Positions 23,432 to 25,001 of a stretch of 25,001 nucleotides of DNA are shown here, in pieces. Source of the DNA: a virus. Lineage: Duplodnaviria > Caudoviricetes. Below the pieces are notes generated by a model. That model saw nothing but the letters and a program-made list of their open reading frames with translations. It did not search any database and had not been told where the DNA came from. The position numbers and the translations under genes were made by a program. The first letter of the stretch is position 1, and every line of letters starts with the position of its first letter. Where the stretch lies: positions 1 to 25,001 of the IMG/VR virus record IMGVR_UViG_3300031857_001280; one strand, given 5' to 3'.

Positions 23432-24544
23432 ATGACAACTGCAACACTGGATATGAAACGGCTGACTACCAAGTTGGCTAAGGCCAAGACATCCCTGATC
23501 TTGGAGCATCCCTTCGTGGGTACCATTGCGCTGGGTATGCCCTTCGAGTTTGACGAGAGCATCCCCACTGCGGCAACCAACGGCAAGCGGATCAAGTTCA
23601 ACCCCGAGTTCGTGGACAAGCTGACCGATGAGGAAGTCAAGTTCCTCGTAGCCCACGAGTGCTTCCATCCCATGCTGGAACACAACTTCCGGCGTGGTGA
23701 GCGTACCCCACGGCGCTGGAACCAAGCTGCGGACTACGTGATCAACAAGCTGTTGACCGATGAAAGCATCGGCAAGATGCCCAAGATGGGGCTGCACAAC
23801 GATGCGATCTACAACGCTGGGCACGGCACCAGTGAGGGTATCTACAACATCCTGCCGGAAGACCACGAGCAAGACCCACTCGATGACTGCGAGGACGGTG
23901 ACGGTAGCCCTGCCGACCAAGCGCAGCAGCAAGCTGAGTGGAAGGTGAAGGTAGCCCAAGCAGCGCAAGCAGCCAAGATGATGGGCAAGATGTCTGCCAA
24001 CATGCAACGTCTTGTGGATGATGTGCTGCAACCCAAGGTGGACTGGCGTGAGGTGCTGCAAAAGTTCCTCGTCAAAGCCCGCACTGACCAGCGATCCTTT
24101 GCTCGGTTCAACCGCCGCTTCATTGCACAAGGACTGTACCTGCCCAGTGTCAGCGGTGAGCAGATGGGTGAGGTGTGCTTCGCTGTGGACTGCTCCGGCT
24201 CCATCGACCAGAGGACAGTCAACCAGTTCGCTGCCGAGATCAAGCGGGTCAAGGAAGACCTGATGCCTGAGCGTATCCACGTGTTGTACTTCGACAGTGA
24301 GGTCAGCCACGTGGAGAGTTACGAACCCCACGATGATCTGGACATCAAGCCCCACGGCGGTGGCGGCACCGACTTCGCACCAGTCTTTGCCAAGATCACT
24401 GAACTTGCGATCAACCCCGTAGCCATCGTGTTCCTGACTGACCTGTGCTGCAACAGCTTCGGAGATCAGCCCGATGCACCAGTGCTGTGGGTCACGACAG
24501 ACCCCGGCAAAGCACCCTTCGGTGAGATTGTGGAGATGGAATGA
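23432..24544 (+). CDS. DUF2201-type metallopeptidase + vWA domain protein
   Basis: Start MTTATLDM after AAGGAG. TAATNG and HExxH (HECFH), WN.A.D..IN; MIDAS DCSGS...GGGGTDF...FLTD. Confidence 0.88.
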   Translation: MTTATLDMKRLTTKLAKAKTSLILEHPFVGTIALGMPFEFDESIPTAATNGKRIKFNPEFVDKLTDEEVKFLVAHECFHPMLEHNFRRGERTPRRWNQAADYVINKLLTDESIGKMPKMGLHNDAIYNAGHGTSEGIYNILPEDHEQDPLDDCEDGDGSPADQAQQQAEWKVKVAQAAQAAKMMGKMSANMQRLVDDVLQPKVDWREVLQKFLVKARTDQRSFARFNRRFIAQGLYLPSVSGEQMGEVCFAVDCSGSIDQRTVNQFAAEIKRVKEDLMPERIHVLYFDSEVSHVESYEPHDDLDIKPHGGGGTDFAPVFAKITELAINPVAIVFLTDLCCNSFGDQPDAPVLWVTTDPGKAPFGEIVEME

Positions 24545-24780
24545 TGAGTACAGAATCCGCTGAATACCACGCCAAGGTGATGGCACTTGTAACCCAGATC
24601 AACACTGCTATGGGTAGTGATACCCGAGAGTTCAGTGTGACTGTCAACGCTCTACTTACGCTGCTTGCACTGTCCGGCGCGAGGTCTGACTTGTCAACGG
24701 ACGAGTTCATTGCAGCAGTGACATGGCAGTTGGGCGAGATCATGTCTCGCATGACAGTCATTGATTCCCCCATCCAGTAA
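24541..24780 (+). CDS. Hypothetical protein (79 aa)
   Basis: ATGA overlap with the vWA gene; GGAG RBS. Confidence 0.7.
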   Translation: MMSTESAEYHAKVMALVTQINTAMGSDTREFSVTVNALLTLLALSGARSDLSTDEFIAAVTWQLGEIMSRMTVIDSPIQ

Positions 24781-24794
24781 CCAAGGAGAACCAC

Positions 24795-25001
24795 ATGGCA
24801 ACAGTACGTTTCAGCAAAGAACTTATCGACCGCATCGGTAAGAACGCCCGTGACAAGATGGCACCTGCCGTCACCAAAGCCGAGGAAACCAAGCCCGACA
24901 ACTCATGGGGCCAGCGCATCTACGACACGTTGTTCCTTGAAGTCAAGCCAATCATCTCGCAAGTTCCTGCTGGATGGTTGAAGACGGTGGATCAGATGCT
25001 C
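24795..25001 (+). CDS. Hypothetical protein, truncated by the window edge
   Basis: AAGGAGAACCAC-ATG, then MATVRFSKELIDRIGKNARDKM..., open to the end of the window. Confidence 0.75.
   Translation, partial: MATVRFSKELIDRIGKNARDKMAPAVTKAEETKPDNSWGQRIYDTLFLEVKPIISQVPAGWLKTVDQML

Noticed and set aside
22546-24586. Long minus-strand ORFs (379 aa and 393 aa)
   Set aside because: Antisense shadows of the motif-bearing DUF3150-like and vWA genes; no RBS or recognisable motifs.
24795-25001. Possible Nmad5-like identity of the truncated last gene
   Set aside because: Only 69 codons are visible and the resemblance is too weak to call without a search.

Overview
A 25-kb segment of a tailed dsDNA phage with podovirus-like gene content, in two divergent arms. 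The left arm (1-15876, minus strand) is the packaging and virion operon: probable terminase small subunit, terminase large subunit, portal, scaffold, major capsid protein, capsid decoration/fibre proteins, three small basic proteins, two head-tail adaptors, a stand-alone fibre-anchor domain, a beta-helix tailspike and a repeat-rich fibre that runs off the window. The right arm (16341-25001, plus strand) holds small early genes followed by an AAA+ ATPase / DUF3150-like / metallopeptidase-vWA cluster. The most unusual part is the control region at about 15.9-19.3 kb. It has a duplicated unit of identical-format promoter plus a 99-aa paralogous gene, and an rRNA-operon-type hairpin+boxA site after the first promoter. 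It also has three terminator-hairpin+RBS repeats about 270 bp apart, with an invariant GTGACAG loop and a compensatory stem change, each leading into a different small ORF. The same loop recurs on an unrelated stem downstream, and an AT-rich, iteron-like putative origin lies between the duplicated units. Family assignments come from recognising motifs by eye; no database searches were run.
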